Positions 1 to 9,502 of a stretch of DNA of 24,209 nt are shown here, piece by piece. The DNA is taken from contig CAYLSP010000001.1 in the NCBI GenBank assembly GCA_964385935.1, positions 14,804 to 39,012 on the forward strand, written 5' to 3'. Source of the stretch: an uncultured Defluviitaleaceae bacterium (GTDB taxonomy: Bacteria; Bacillota; Clostridia; Lachnospirales; WRAX01). Positions within the stretch are counted from its first letter, which is position 1. Every line of letters begins with the position of its first letter. The notes under the pieces are model-generated. The model worked only from the letters and a program-made list of their open reading frames with translations, was not told the origin of the DNA and did no database searches. Made by a program: the position numbers and the translations under genes.

Positions 1-2
1 CT

Positions 3-2840
3 GCTTCATCAGGAATATCGGAAATACTGAATAAGCCCGCTCTTAAACCTGTGGCGACTACAGGAAGTTATAATGATTTATTTAACAAGCTTGTCGGAGG
101 AGAGAACATCCGCATAGATGAGAACAATGTAGTTTCTTATGTCGGGGGCGTGGGAGAAGATTTGTATAAAGCGGGAGAGCATATCAAGATAGAAAAAGCT
201 CATAATGTGGAACAATGTTATAAGGATTCGAACAGCATAGTTGATATTCTGCTGCACAACGATGAACACGTTACAGCCGCTATTTATCCTAATAAACTGA
301 TGTTGTCAGATGTATCAAGACAATGTGCTGAATGGCAGGAAGTATTTCTTCCTTTTGAATACTCGGGATATGGAGTAATTCGTTCAAACGACAAAATGTA
401 TGTTGTTGATAAAGACAATCATATTCGCGTAAGCCGTATTGATAATTTAGTTACATGGATTGATGACGGTAAAATACCGAAAGAGCCATGGTCATACGCG
501 TTTTATACAGGAGCTTATGGAATATGCGAAGGGAAGGAACATGTTGTTTTTTACGCGATTGTTAATTCTGATCCAGGTGAAACGGCGATTGCATATTATG
601 TCGACGGAGTACAGAGACCATTAAAAGTTCTGCCATATCGAATAATAGGCATGGCATTTGACGGAAACAAAATTTATTGTGTTACGGACATCGTTGATAT
701 ATTAATATACAACGCTGAGTTTACGAATTTGCTTCAAACTCTGACTATTCCGCTGACACCTTTAATAAATATCAAGTATTCGAATAACAGACTCCTTGTT
801 TTGGCTTGGGAAGGGAGCGAAAAGAAATGTTTATACGCTTCCGCTTATCCGTATAATTCTTTTGAAAAAGTATCGGATGACTTTGATAAAGATTCACTGT
901 GGAATATTTTTGTATATAAAAATACTTTTTCTTTTGTTTGTGATAATAAGCTGTATACAAGCGAAGACGCTTTCAATTGGTCTCACGCAACCTTAGACAA
1001 AGCATATGAGTTCGGAATATTTTTAAATAAATTTTCGTTGGTTTACGATAAAAGTAATTATGATTTATACAAGCACATGGGAGGCATAAACACCATATCC
1101 GCGACCTATGAAAAGGCTACAGCGGAGGCTGACGGATTTATGTCTAAAGAAGATAAGATAAAACTAAACGCCGCGATGAAGTTTCCGGACGGAGAAGCGG
1201 GATACACTTTCCCTAACGCCGCGGGAAGAGCTGACAGAGTAATCACGTTTAATTCTTCAGGTGTTATGAGCCTGCAAAGAGTGTGGGATTACGATAATTT
1301 TCGTTGCGTGAGAATAAATACATCTGAATCTTTGTCAGGTACAAATCTTGAGCTTCCGACAGCTTCGACCAGAGCGAATAAGGTAATAGGCTTCGGTTCA
1401 GACGGAAAAAACGTTGAGATGAAAGACGCGGGCGGCGGAGATATTACCGTAGGCGAAGGGCTGCGAAAGAATGGCGATGAGATATCGTTGAAACTTGCTG
1501 ATGAAGGGGTGCTTGGAGGAATAATATATAATTATTCGCTGGATAATCCTTTACGCTTAAGTAACGGCAATTTAACTCTCACAACCGAAGAAGGATTAAC
1601 CACAGGCTATAACGGAATTGCGTTACAAAACGCCACAGAAAGCGGGAATTTGGGCGGCATAAGAGTACAAGGAGGAGAAGCAAATCCTTTGCATTTGGAT
1701 AATCTGTCGTTTTTATCTCTGCATATCGGTGAGGGATTAGCCGTAAATAATGGAGTATTGATAGCCACAGGTGGCGGTGGAGATGAATTTGTAAACGAGC
1801 CTGTTATTACAGGCGACATGGTGTCTGAAAGAATCGCTTTTGTTGACAGAGGCAAACAAGATATTATGCCATCTTGCGTAGCGTCGTTTGTGATAAACGG
1901 AAAGAAAATATTTTTTATAGCCCGAGGCAATTATATATACAGAAGCAACGATTGTATATCTTGGTACAAGACGGAAAAGATTAATAATGCTTATGAAATT
2001 GTATCGTTTTTGCAATCAGGAAAGAACATTTTATTTGCGACAAGCTTATATGATTCACCTTATGGCGGTGAAATATTTTTAAGCTCCGATGGAGGTTACA
2101 GCTTTACTCAAAAATCTATCAGTTTTCAATCTTTCCATGGATGGTATGAAACGCAGGGATATATTTTGATATGTTCTTATAATGGTTTATATAACAGCTT
2201 AAACGGCGGAGACACATGGAGCGTTGTGCCAAACTCAATTAGAGATATCTTCTCATCGCCTGTGTTTTTCAAAGGAAAGTTCTATTTTTTCAGAAAAACA
2301 CGTGAACTTGACGAATATAGCGAAATAGTGTCAATGACAACACTGGACTATACGTTTGTCACTGAACATACATTTATTAATAATCATATACCGCTGTCAT
2401 TAACTGTTGATGATGATTATATTTATGTTGTTGTCAAAGACGGCACAGGTTATCCGCAAAGCTTCATTTACAGCTCATACACAGGCTCGAATTTCACATT
2501 GACGCAAACATATAACAATATGTATGAGCGTCTGTTGGGAAGGCAGAATAATTGGTTATTGATTGATAACAACAAGAACGCTTGGTTTTGTAAAAACTTG
2601 TCAGATAATCCGTTGCAGGTTCATTTTAATTGTTTCGGAGGGGCAAGTGATTTTCACTACTCGAAAAACACAGATTTATTTGTAACACATGATATGTCGT
2701 TATTAGTATCCACCAAAGCGTATCACATAGGAACAGACAATATGTCTTCTTTTGCTGCCAAGCCGTTGGGTGAGATGGAAGGTATTATGAGCGTTGGAGG
2801 AGAGTCTGATATTGGAAGTGTAACGAGTGATACAGAATAG
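3..2840 (+). CDS. Tail fibre/receptor-binding protein, 5'-truncated at the window edge
   Basis: Frame is open from base 3 (ASSGISEILNKPALKPVATTGSYNDL, a typical fibre repeat), so the GTG at 51 is not the true start. Contains ATAEADGFMSKEDKIKLN, GEGL/EEGL shaft repeats and Asp-box-like motifs (SSDGGYSF, SLNGGDTW). Confidence 0.8.
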   Translation, partial: ASSGISEILNKPALKPVATTGSYNDLFNKLVGGENIRIDENNVVSYVGGVGEDLYKAGEHIKIEKAHNVEQCYKDSNSIVDILLHNDEHVTAAIYPNKLMLSDVSRQCAEWQEVFLPFEYSGYGVIRSNDKMYVVDKDNHIRVSRIDNLVTWIDDGKIPKEPWSYAFYTGAYGICEGKEHVVFYAIVNSDPGETAIAYYVDGVQRPLKVLPYRIIGMAFDGNKIYCVTDIVDILIYNAEFTNLLQTLTIPLTPLINIKYSNNRLLVLAWEGSEKKCLYASAYPYNSFEKVSDDFDKDSLWNIFVYKNTFSFVCDNKLYTSEDAFNWSHATLDKAYEFGIFLNKFSLVYDKSNYDLYKHMGGINTISATYEKATAEADGFMSKEDKIKLNAAMKFPDGEAGYTFPNAAGRADRVITFNSSGVMSLQRVWDYDNFRCVRINTSESLSGTNLELPTASTRANKVIGFGSDGKNVEMKDAGGGDITVGEGLRKNGDEISLKLADEGVLGGIIYNYSLDNPLRLSNGNLTLTTEEGLTTGYNGIALQNATESGNLGGIRVQGGEANPLHLDNLSFLSLHIGEGLAVNNGVLIATGGGGDEFVNEPVITGDMVSERIAFVDRGKQDIMPSCVASFVINGKKIFFIARGNYIYRSNDCISWYKTEKINNAYEIVSFLQSGKNILFATSLYDSPYGGEIFLSSDGGYSFTQKSISFQSFHGWYETQGYILICSYNGLYNSLNGGDTWSVVPNSIRDIFSSPVFFKGKFYFFRKTRELDEYSEIVSMTTLDYTFVTEHTFINNHIPLSLTVDDDYIYVVVKDGTGYPQSFIYSSYTGSNFTLTQTYNNMYERLLGRQNNWLLIDNNKNAWFCKNLSDNPLQVHFNCFGGASDFHYSKNTDLFVTHDMSLLVSTKAYHIGTDNMSSFAAKPLGEMEGIMSVGGESDIGSVTSDTE

Positions 2841-2849
2841 GAGTATAAT

Positions 2850-3686
2850 ATGCCGACTATGCCGCCCCTTCCGAGTAATCCGACCGCGTTAAGAAAGATG
2901 CTTACAGATTTGGGTTTGACTCCTGTATCACATAATCCATCCGCGTTGAGACAACAGCTTATACAGCATTATGATGCTCATCCTGAGGCCACCTACGCAC
3001 CACCTGTTGCTTCTGTACCAACGCCTGTGAGAGTGCCTTCTCCGCGTCGGGAGCCGGCACAACGCACAATAGAAGGGATTGCGGAAGAAAACAGAAAAGT
3101 GGTTGCGAGTCATCAACAAGCTGTAGCAGCCGCGTTTGCTGATATTGACAGTAAATTTGCTCCTATTGCCGGCAGTGATGGCATGTATCATTTATCAAAT
3201 GCCGATGCGAATTACATGCGTGCTTTGGGCTATGGAGGGTATATCCCGCCCTATGATAGGTGGCTATATAACAGGCATCCTGTTCCCCAATGGGAATTTG
3301 ATCAAATGGTTTCTGTTATTACAAACAACAAAACCAGAATAAGTAATTATCACCAAGCATATATAGAAGCCGCTAACAGAGCAGCTGAGGCGGAGATTAG
3401 AGAGCTTCAGAGGAACAGGCTTTCTGTTTCTGTAAGTCCTGTTATTTCTGTAAATCCCGCTGTCCGGAGAAGTGTCAGCTCATTGAGGAGTATCGGTTTT
3501 CCGAGGACAGGTTCTTCCTATCCGATACCTGTACCGCAGGGGGATTTCATGAGGGGTATTCTTAATAAAGAGATAAGAGATCCGGATACGGGGAAAGACC
3601 GGTTCGCTTATACTCTCAAGAGCAAGGAGCCTGTTTATGATCAGGATTTGTTAAGAGGAATATTCAGAAGAAAGGATGGTCAATAA
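2850..3686 (+). CDS. Hypothetical Pro-rich protein, possibly virion-internal
   Basis: 278-aa ORF with GGAG RBS; duplicated N-terminal motif PSNPTALRKML/SHNPSALRQQL; stop overlaps next start (TAATG). Confidence 0.6.
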   Translation: MPTMPPLPSNPTALRKMLTDLGLTPVSHNPSALRQQLIQHYDAHPEATYAPPVASVPTPVRVPSPRREPAQRTIEGIAEENRKVVASHQQAVAAAFADIDSKFAPIAGSDGMYHLSNADANYMRALGYGGYIPPYDRWLYNRHPVPQWEFDQMVSVITNNKTRISNYHQAYIEAANRAAEAEIRELQRNRLSVSVSPVISVNPAVRRSVSSLRSIGFPRTGSSYPIPVPQGDFMRGILNKEIRDPDTGKDRFAYTLKSKEPVYDQDLLRGIFRRKDGQ

Positions 3687-4258
3687 TGCCTAAAAAAGAT
3701 CCGACAATGAGTGATGGTTTTAAAACTGCGGCGATGCATTTCGGGATAGGAGCTGTCACCGCTCTTTTTGGAGGAGCGAGAGGAAGGTCTGTGTTTATGA
3801 GCGGGTTATCGGGGGCACTGGGAGGTTACGCGTTACCAAAGTTGGCGAGTCACTTGGCACCCGCGTTTGGCGACAGTGTAGTCGATTATGTAAAGAAAGA
3901 TTCAGAGTACAGAACGGGGAAGGATATACTCGGTTACACGGGTGCTGCCGCGGCATCGATCATGTACAGAAGGTCTCTTCCCAAAGAAATCGCTGACGCG
4001 AACGCTAAAATGACATATATTCCTCCTCCGAATTTCGATCAAGCTGTTGTTCAGGCAAAACAATTGGTTCATCGGGAGTTTGAGCAGGAAGGATTGTACT
4101 CTCTCGCGTCAGGTAATCGCAGAGGTCATGAAATAGATTACAGATTGAAAAGTATATATAATCATGAAGATGACAGTATTTTCAGAAGACGCAGGATTTT
4201 GAAAGTCAAAAAACGCACTCCCAAAAAAACTGATGAGGCATTACGTGAAAGAAGATAA
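3686..4258 (+). CDS. Hypothetical protein with Gly/Ala-rich hydrophobic N-terminus and basic C-terminus, possible pilot/ejection protein
   Basis: 190-aa ORF coupled to the upstream gene; GIGAVTALFGG and SGLSGALGGY segments; function inferred only from composition and position. Confidence 0.5.
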   Translation: MPKKDPTMSDGFKTAAMHFGIGAVTALFGGARGRSVFMSGLSGALGGYALPKLASHLAPAFGDSVVDYVKKDSEYRTGKDILGYTGAAAASIMYRRSLPKEIADANAKMTYIPPPNFDQAVVQAKQLVHREFEQEGLYSLASGNRRGHEIDYRLKSIYNHEDDSIFRRRRILKVKKRTPKKTDEALRERR

Positions 4259-5975
4259 AGCGAAAAACGCGGATAAAGCCGCAGAGGCTGCTCAGCAACA
4301 ACAGCAATCCATCATAGATATGTTACTCGGCAGTGTTTTGAAACCCGAGACGATTATAAATAATTTTAACGGAGTTAAGACTTCCAGGTCTTCGTGGTCG
4401 TCGAAGTGGAATACAATACAAACGCATGTTTTTCCGAATTACAGAGATTACGCGGATTCCCCGAGGATCGGAGCAAACCCTAATACCAATCAGATAAAGA
4501 ATCATACAAGCTCGGTATCAGGGAAGATAAACAAGATTGTATCATGTTTGAGTTCTCAGATAACAGACCCGTCTGTAAAGTGGCTGGATTTAAAGTTTCG
4601 GGTTGGTCTTTTGGAGAATAACGAAGCGGTGAAGGCATGGCTGGAACATTGTAAGGAAAAGCTGTACTCGTTGTTTTCGGATCCTGAGAGTAATTTTTAT
4701 CCGTCGACTTTCAGTTTTCATTTGGATTGGTTTACGATCGGCACGTCGTGCAGGGAAATCATTATAAGGAAAGATACGGGGAAGATAAGATTCAATACGA
4801 TATCAATGCAGGATATTTATATTGAGCTTAACGGATACGGAGACATAGGGAATATTTACAGATCGCTGAACGTCACGGCGAAACAGGCGGTTGATTTGTG
4901 GGGAGACAGGGTTCACAGGTCACAACTTGAAGAAGCGAAAAAGTTGACATCGGCGAACGGCTCCGAATCCAAAAAATATGAATATGTCGAAATTGTAATG
5001 CCGAATCCGTTGAAGGAGTTGATACCTGTTTCGGGTTATGTCAGTTGCGTGGTTGATACAACGAACAGGAACGTTGTGGATATAGGGATGCATAAGTTTC
5101 CCACGTATGTTGTGTCAAGGTTTTTGGTAGCTCCGAACGAAGTGTACGGCAAATCGTATGTATGGAACGCCATGCCGGATATTATAGCCATCAACAAAGT
5201 ATCCAAGAGGATTTTGCAGTGTATAGATTACACTACGTTGCCGTTATATTTGGTTCAGGACGCAAGCAGCGTTAAGCCTGAGCAAATGCATCCGGGAGCG
5301 TTTTTTCAGGGATTGGACAACAATGGCAGAGCGACGGTGCAACCGATGAGCTTCGGAGGGAATCCGGAAGCCGCGATGAGGTATTATGATTTAAAGCTGC
5401 GGGATTTGGAAGAGTCATTGGTGGCGATAGATATATTCGCCGCGGAAAATCCGAATATGACGGCTACCGAGGTCAACGAACGCAAGATACAGGCGAACAA
5501 CAGATTGAGGCCTATTTTGGTAAGACTGGAAAAAGAAGACTTGAATCATGTTGTGAAGAAGAGTTTGGATCTTCTGATGTCGTTAAATCAAATTATGCCG
5601 TTTCCGTACGAAGAAGCGGGAGTGCCTCCCGAGATGTTGCCTATGCCTATTGAGCAATTGGATGTGAGTTTCAGCGGGCAGATGTCGAGGATGCAGAGGT
5701 TGCAGGAGGTTCAGGATAACGAGATGTTATTGCAAAAAACCATTCAGGCGGCACAGGTTGACAGAAGCGTGCTTGACAGAATCAATCTTGACGCTGTCAT
5801 CTCGCAAGACGCCGAGATATTCGGAGTATCACAAAAGATAATAAATTCCGATGATGTCGTAACGCAAATAAGAAAGCAAAGAGCGGAACAAGCGGAAGCT
5901 CAGTCTCAAGCTGAGAATGAACAGAAAGCGTTGGACGCGGCGATAAAAATAAAGGAGCTTAACAAAGATGAGTAA
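4233..5975 (+). CDS. Portal (head-tail connector), T7 gp8/BPP-1-like
   Basis: 580 aa; YGKSYVWNAMPDIIAIN and MTATEVNERK motifs, acidic/Gln-rich helical C-terminus, position before scaffold and capsid; exact start uncertain. Confidence 0.9.
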   Translation: MRHYVKEDKAKNADKAAEAAQQQQQSIIDMLLGSVLKPETIINNFNGVKTSRSSWSSKWNTIQTHVFPNYRDYADSPRIGANPNTNQIKNHTSSVSGKINKIVSCLSSQITDPSVKWLDLKFRVGLLENNEAVKAWLEHCKEKLYSLFSDPESNFYPSTFSFHLDWFTIGTSCREIIIRKDTGKIRFNTISMQDIYIELNGYGDIGNIYRSLNVTAKQAVDLWGDRVHRSQLEEAKKLTSANGSESKKYEYVEIVMPNPLKELIPVSGYVSCVVDTTNRNVVDIGMHKFPTYVVSRFLVAPNEVYGKSYVWNAMPDIIAINKVSKRILQCIDYTTLPLYLVQDASSVKPEQMHPGAFFQGLDNNGRATVQPMSFGGNPEAAMRYYDLKLRDLEESLVAIDIFAAENPNMTATEVNERKIQANNRLRPILVRLEKEDLNHVVKKSLDLLMSLNQIMPFPYEEAGVPPEMLPMPIEQLDVSFSGQMSRMQRLQEVQDNEMLLQKTIQAAQVDRSVLDRINLDAVISQDAEIFGVSQKIINSDDVVTQIRKQRAEQAEAQSQAENEQKALDAAIKIKELNKDE

Positions 5976-6234
5976 CGCGGATAAGGTAGCCCATATAAAA
6001 AACACCTTTGACAGAGTTTTCAACAATGAAGACGGAAGGCTTGTTTTGTCTGTTATGGCGAACGAGTGTTCGTTAAACGACGTGGGAAAATACGAAACTG
6101 ACAGCAATTTAGCTTATTATAATAACGGTAAAAGGTATTTTATCATGAAGATATTGAGTATATTAAGAATTGATTTGGCGACATTTTTAGATATGTATGG
6201 GAGAAGCGAATGGAATCCAATGAACAGCAGGTAA
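5968..6234 (+). CDS. Bbp19-like small protein that follows the portal
   Basis: FDRVFNNEDGRLVL and AYYNNGKRYFIMKI pattern; position between portal and scaffold. Confidence 0.65.
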   Translation: MSNADKVAHIKNTFDRVFNNEDGRLVLSVMANECSLNDVGKYETDSNLAYYNNGKRYFIMKILSILRIDLATFLDMYGRSEWNPMNSR

Positions 6235-7082
6235 CTGCCAACCAAGTAAGCGATACGCAAAGCGTCGCTCTTAACACAAGCACTGACAACACGGCACAGC
6301 CGTCGGTCTCGTTTTCGGCTCAGGACGCCTGGAAAACAAATTTCGCTCCCGAGTTACGCTCGGGAATTGACAGATTTAAAGACCCGGAGTCGTTAGCTAA
6401 GGCATACATGGGAGCCGTAGATCTGATCAGTAAAAAAGTAAGTGATTTTTCTTCCGAGGATGTGGGAAGATATGGAGAAATGATTGAGCATTTGCGAGAT
6501 ATTCCCGCCGATCCGAAAGGATATTCCATTGATGTGTCTGAGATTGACGGGCGTCAAAATCTTATGAGCGACCAAGATGTGGAAGACTTGAAAGCACTCT
6601 CCAAAGATATGGGACTGAACAGGAATCAATCACAATATTTGTATGACGCCTTAAACGGCATGGCCAACAACATCATCGCTGACAGGGTTGAGGAAATTAA
6701 AGGAGCTGAACAGCAAGTAATGTCCGACCTCGCGAGAGATTGGGGCAAGGCGTTTGAACATAAAAAAGCTTCTTTGGGTATCTGCGTTAACGATGTTATT
6801 CCTAAACTTACGGGAGCTTCTCCTGACGCTGTGTCCGCGAGTTTTCAAGCGGCAGTAATGGCGGGAGGCAGTATTGTGGCCAAGACGCTGGCCGCGTTTG
6901 GGGAAATGTGCTCCAATTCTCAATCATCAGGCTATAATAATATAGCTCCCATGGACGCCAAATTGCAGTTTGAGCATTTTAAGAAAGATAAAACCAACGA
7001 GCAAGCTATGATGGATCCGAGACATCCGAGACACAAACAAGCGACGGAGGAATTCCGCAGGCTCGCTAAGCTTTCAGAATAA
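6210..7082 (+). CDS. Capsid scaffolding protein
   Basis: 290 aa, acidic and helical; FKDPESLAKAY, WGKAFE and DPRHPRHKQATEE motifs; directly upstream of the capsid gene. Confidence 0.8.
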   Translation: MESNEQQVTANQVSDTQSVALNTSTDNTAQPSVSFSAQDAWKTNFAPELRSGIDRFKDPESLAKAYMGAVDLISKKVSDFSSEDVGRYGEMIEHLRDIPADPKGYSIDVSEIDGRQNLMSDQDVEDLKALSKDMGLNRNQSQYLYDALNGMANNIIADRVEEIKGAEQQVMSDLARDWGKAFEHKKASLGICVNDVIPKLTGASPDAVSASFQAAVMAGGSIVAKTLAAFGEMCSNSQSSGYNNIAPMDAKLQFEHFKKDKTNEQAMMDPRHPRHKQATEEFRRLAKLSE

Positions 7083-7085
7083 CTG

Positions 7086-7114
7086 TTGCGAACGTGCGTT
7101 GTTTTGTATACAAT
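7086..7114 (+). promoter_or_regulatory. Sigma70-like promoter upstream of the major capsid gene
   Basis: TTGCGA (7086-7091), 17-nt spacer, TACAAT (7109-7114). Confidence 0.55.
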
Positions 7115-7321
7115 ATGTGCGTGTTCTTAATTCGGGAGAATGTGACCGTATAGGTTGGACAGATAAACTTAGGTTGTGAAATGTCTGTTCTCGGGAGAAT
7201 TCGCCTAGGCGAACCTTACATACTTATATCCGCACCTTAATGACAGAAAACATTTAAAGGAAGTTCGTGATTTGAATGCGCGGACTGTTCCGATTTGTTG
7301 TTTTTTTATTACAGGTGTGTT

Positions 7322-8332
7322 ATGGCTATAAATATAGATTCCTCTTTTTACAAAGAAATTGATTTCGTTTTTCATCCGTTTTTGGCTCAACAGGGTTCCG
7401 CGTTGTTGGCGGCGACATCGCAACAGCAAGTTGTGGGCAAGCAAACTCTTGTTCGTCAATTTACAGTAGGTGAAGCTCAGAAGATGCAACCGAATGAGCA
7501 TACCAAATTTGTTGATACCAAATATGACGCTCGTACAATCGAGCCTGAGGCTTTCAATATTCCGATCGCCGTTGATTCCATTACTCAGATTCAGCAAGCC
7601 ACGTTGAACCCCGGAGATATCGCCAGGCAGGCGGCATTCAAGTGCGGAACATATATCGATAAACTTATCATAAACGGGTTATCGGGAGTAGCCAACACGG
7701 AAAACGGACCTAAGAGTCTTCCGGGTGCCGACAGTCCGCTCATAGCAGCCGCTGAAGATTACGATAAGACTCAAACAATCGCTTGGAACGACGCTACGTT
7801 GAGTCCGTCCGCGGATCCGCAGCAACCTGTTTCTTCCAAGGCGGGGTTAAGCACTTCCAAAATTGTTAAAGCTGTCAGCAAGCTTAAGGGGAAGTTTAAT
7901 TTCGGACCTTTTATATGTATCGCGTCCACATATGATTTCGCCACTTTGGCTGCCGACAGTCGCATGAGTAACGTATTGTTTAATACGCAGCCTTCATTCG
8001 CCACAGGTTCTTTGGGAATGTTTCACGGTGTTTCCGCGTTTATTCCGAGTGAGCTTATACCGAGTGGAAAAAGCAGAGTCAATAACGCAGGTGCCCTTGT
8101 CGCTGCCGGAGCCGGTGCGGACGTCAGTTACGCTTATCTGTATGATATAGGTCAAATCGTGCTTGGTATATCCGCTCCGTTGACATTGAAGACAGGTCAA
8201 AGCCCTGAAAGAAACTTCGCCGATGTTATGATGTATATGGGCATGTACGGTTGTACCAGAATGTTCGAAGAATCAGTCATCAGAATAGAAATAAACCACA
8301 GTCCCGCAAATAACGCGACATACAGACATTAA
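7322..8332 (+). CDS. Major capsid protein (BPP-1-like, HK97 fold)
   Basis: LAQQGSALL...RQFTVGEAQ N-terminus and YGCTRMFEESVIRIE C-terminus typical of this group; ATG 7322 preferred over TTG 7295. Confidence 0.88.
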   Translation: MAINIDSSFYKEIDFVFHPFLAQQGSALLAATSQQQVVGKQTLVRQFTVGEAQKMQPNEHTKFVDTKYDARTIEPEAFNIPIAVDSITQIQQATLNPGDIARQAAFKCGTYIDKLIINGLSGVANTENGPKSLPGADSPLIAAAEDYDKTQTIAWNDATLSPSADPQQPVSSKAGLSTSKIVKAVSKLKGKFNFGPFICIASTYDFATLAADSRMSNVLFNTQPSFATGSLGMFHGVSAFIPSELIPSGKSRVNNAGALVAAGAGADVSYAYLYDIGQIVLGISAPLTLKTGQSPERNFADVMMYMGMYGCTRMFEESVIRIEINHSPANNATYRH

Positions 8333-8347
8333 TCAGGAGTATATAAA

Positions 8348-8884
8348 ATGATAAACAGTAATCTGATAAATCTTGAATCATCAAAAAAAGACATTCCCGT
8401 CATCAAGCATCGAGGCGTATTAATGTGTTCAACCGCCGTATTTGGCGCTTCCGCCGCCGCTGTCAATGAACAATATATTATTATGCCGATTAAGTTTACA
8501 TCTGCGATCAAGAGCGTTGGCGTATTTGGAAGCGGCGCATCCGCGGGAGCGGGGAACTTAACTTTCGGTCTCTTATCAAAAGACATGGGAACAGAGATAT
8601 TAACATTGCCCGTGCTGACAGACGCGGCAGCCGCGTACACGGATTGGAAGTATCTTGTGTTGCAGAACACTGACATAACGTTGTATCAGCAAATGTGTAC
8701 TGCTCAAACAGTGGACGGCAAATCAAGATATGTCGAAAATGCGATTTTCTCTCCGTATAAGAACGACGATTTCGGATATTTGTTCATGAAACCTTCAGCG
8801 GCGATTGTGAACACAAGATCGTATATTGTAAACGTTGAATATGTTGAGCAGTTGTCTCAGGCGAGAAACACTGATCAATTTTAG
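8348..8884 (+). CDS. Probable capsid cement/decoration protein (Bbp16-like position)
   Basis: 178-aa beta-rich ORF immediately after the capsid gene, AGGAG RBS; call is positional. Confidence 0.5.
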   Translation: MINSNLINLESSKKDIPVIKHRGVLMCSTAVFGASAAAVNEQYIIMPIKFTSAIKSVGVFGSGASAGAGNLTFGLLSKDMGTEILTLPVLTDAAAAYTDWKYLVLQNTDITLYQQMCTAQTVDGKSRYVENAIFSPYKNDDFGYLFMKPSAAIVNTRSYIVNVEYVEQLSQARNTDQF

Positions 8885-8886
8885 CG

Positions 8887-9501
8887 ATGAAAAGTGAAGT
8901 TGACATTTGTTCGGCGGCGTTATTGAAACTTGGGTTTAAAAGCATTGCGTCGCTGGACAATAATACAATCGAAGCCGAGTCATGTTCTTTAATATACAGG
9001 CACGCCCTTCAGGTTTTGTTGGCTCAGTACGACTGGTCATTTTCCATCATGGAAAAACGATACGAGGTTCAAGAACCTGACACGAATCCTGACCTGTCTG
9101 TTAAAGATTATACGTACGAGTATGATTTGCCCGCTGATTTCTTAAGACTTGTTCGGGTATACAACGGTTTGTATTACAGACTTGTATCCGAATACAATAA
9201 GAAGCCTCCGTATTTAATATCAGGAGGAAAGATATATTCTTATCTCAACGGGATTATCATAAAATATGTATACGATATACAAGATCCGAACTTGTTTACT
9301 CCGCTGTTTACCGAGTGCTTGATAACCGATATCGCCATAAGGCTCTGCAAGACATTAAATGACAGCGTCACCATGCTTCAATCGTTACAACAGGAGTACG
9401 CGTATTCGCTTTCCAAAGCTAAGTCGGTTGATTGTTCTCAGAACATTATAGACGGAACGAATTACGGGCCTATTTTACTGGCCTCATTAACAGAGTTTTA
9501 A
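8887..9501 (+). CDS. Tail tubular protein A (T7 gp11-like adaptor)
   Basis: EVDICSAALLKLG...LLAQYDWSFS...YEYDLPADFLRL...LFTPLFTECL signature. Confidence 0.9.
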   Translation: MKSEVDICSAALLKLGFKSIASLDNNTIEAESCSLIYRHALQVLLAQYDWSFSIMEKRYEVQEPDTNPDLSVKDYTYEYDLPADFLRLVRVYNGLYYRLVSEYNKKPPYLISGGKIYSYLNGIIIKYVYDIQDPNLFTPLFTECLITDIAIRLCKTLNDSVTMLQSLQQEYAYSLSKAKSVDCSQNIIDGTNYGPILLASLTEF

Positions 9502-9502
9502 A

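Noticed and set aside
3-2840. Diversity-generating retroelement acting on the fibre, as in BPP-1
   Set aside because: No reverse transcriptase and no adenine-variable TR/VR repeat pair seen in the window
7132-7213. Tandem GGAGA motifs as a glycine riboswitch
   Set aside because: The other conserved aptamer elements are missing and the context is a capsid gene
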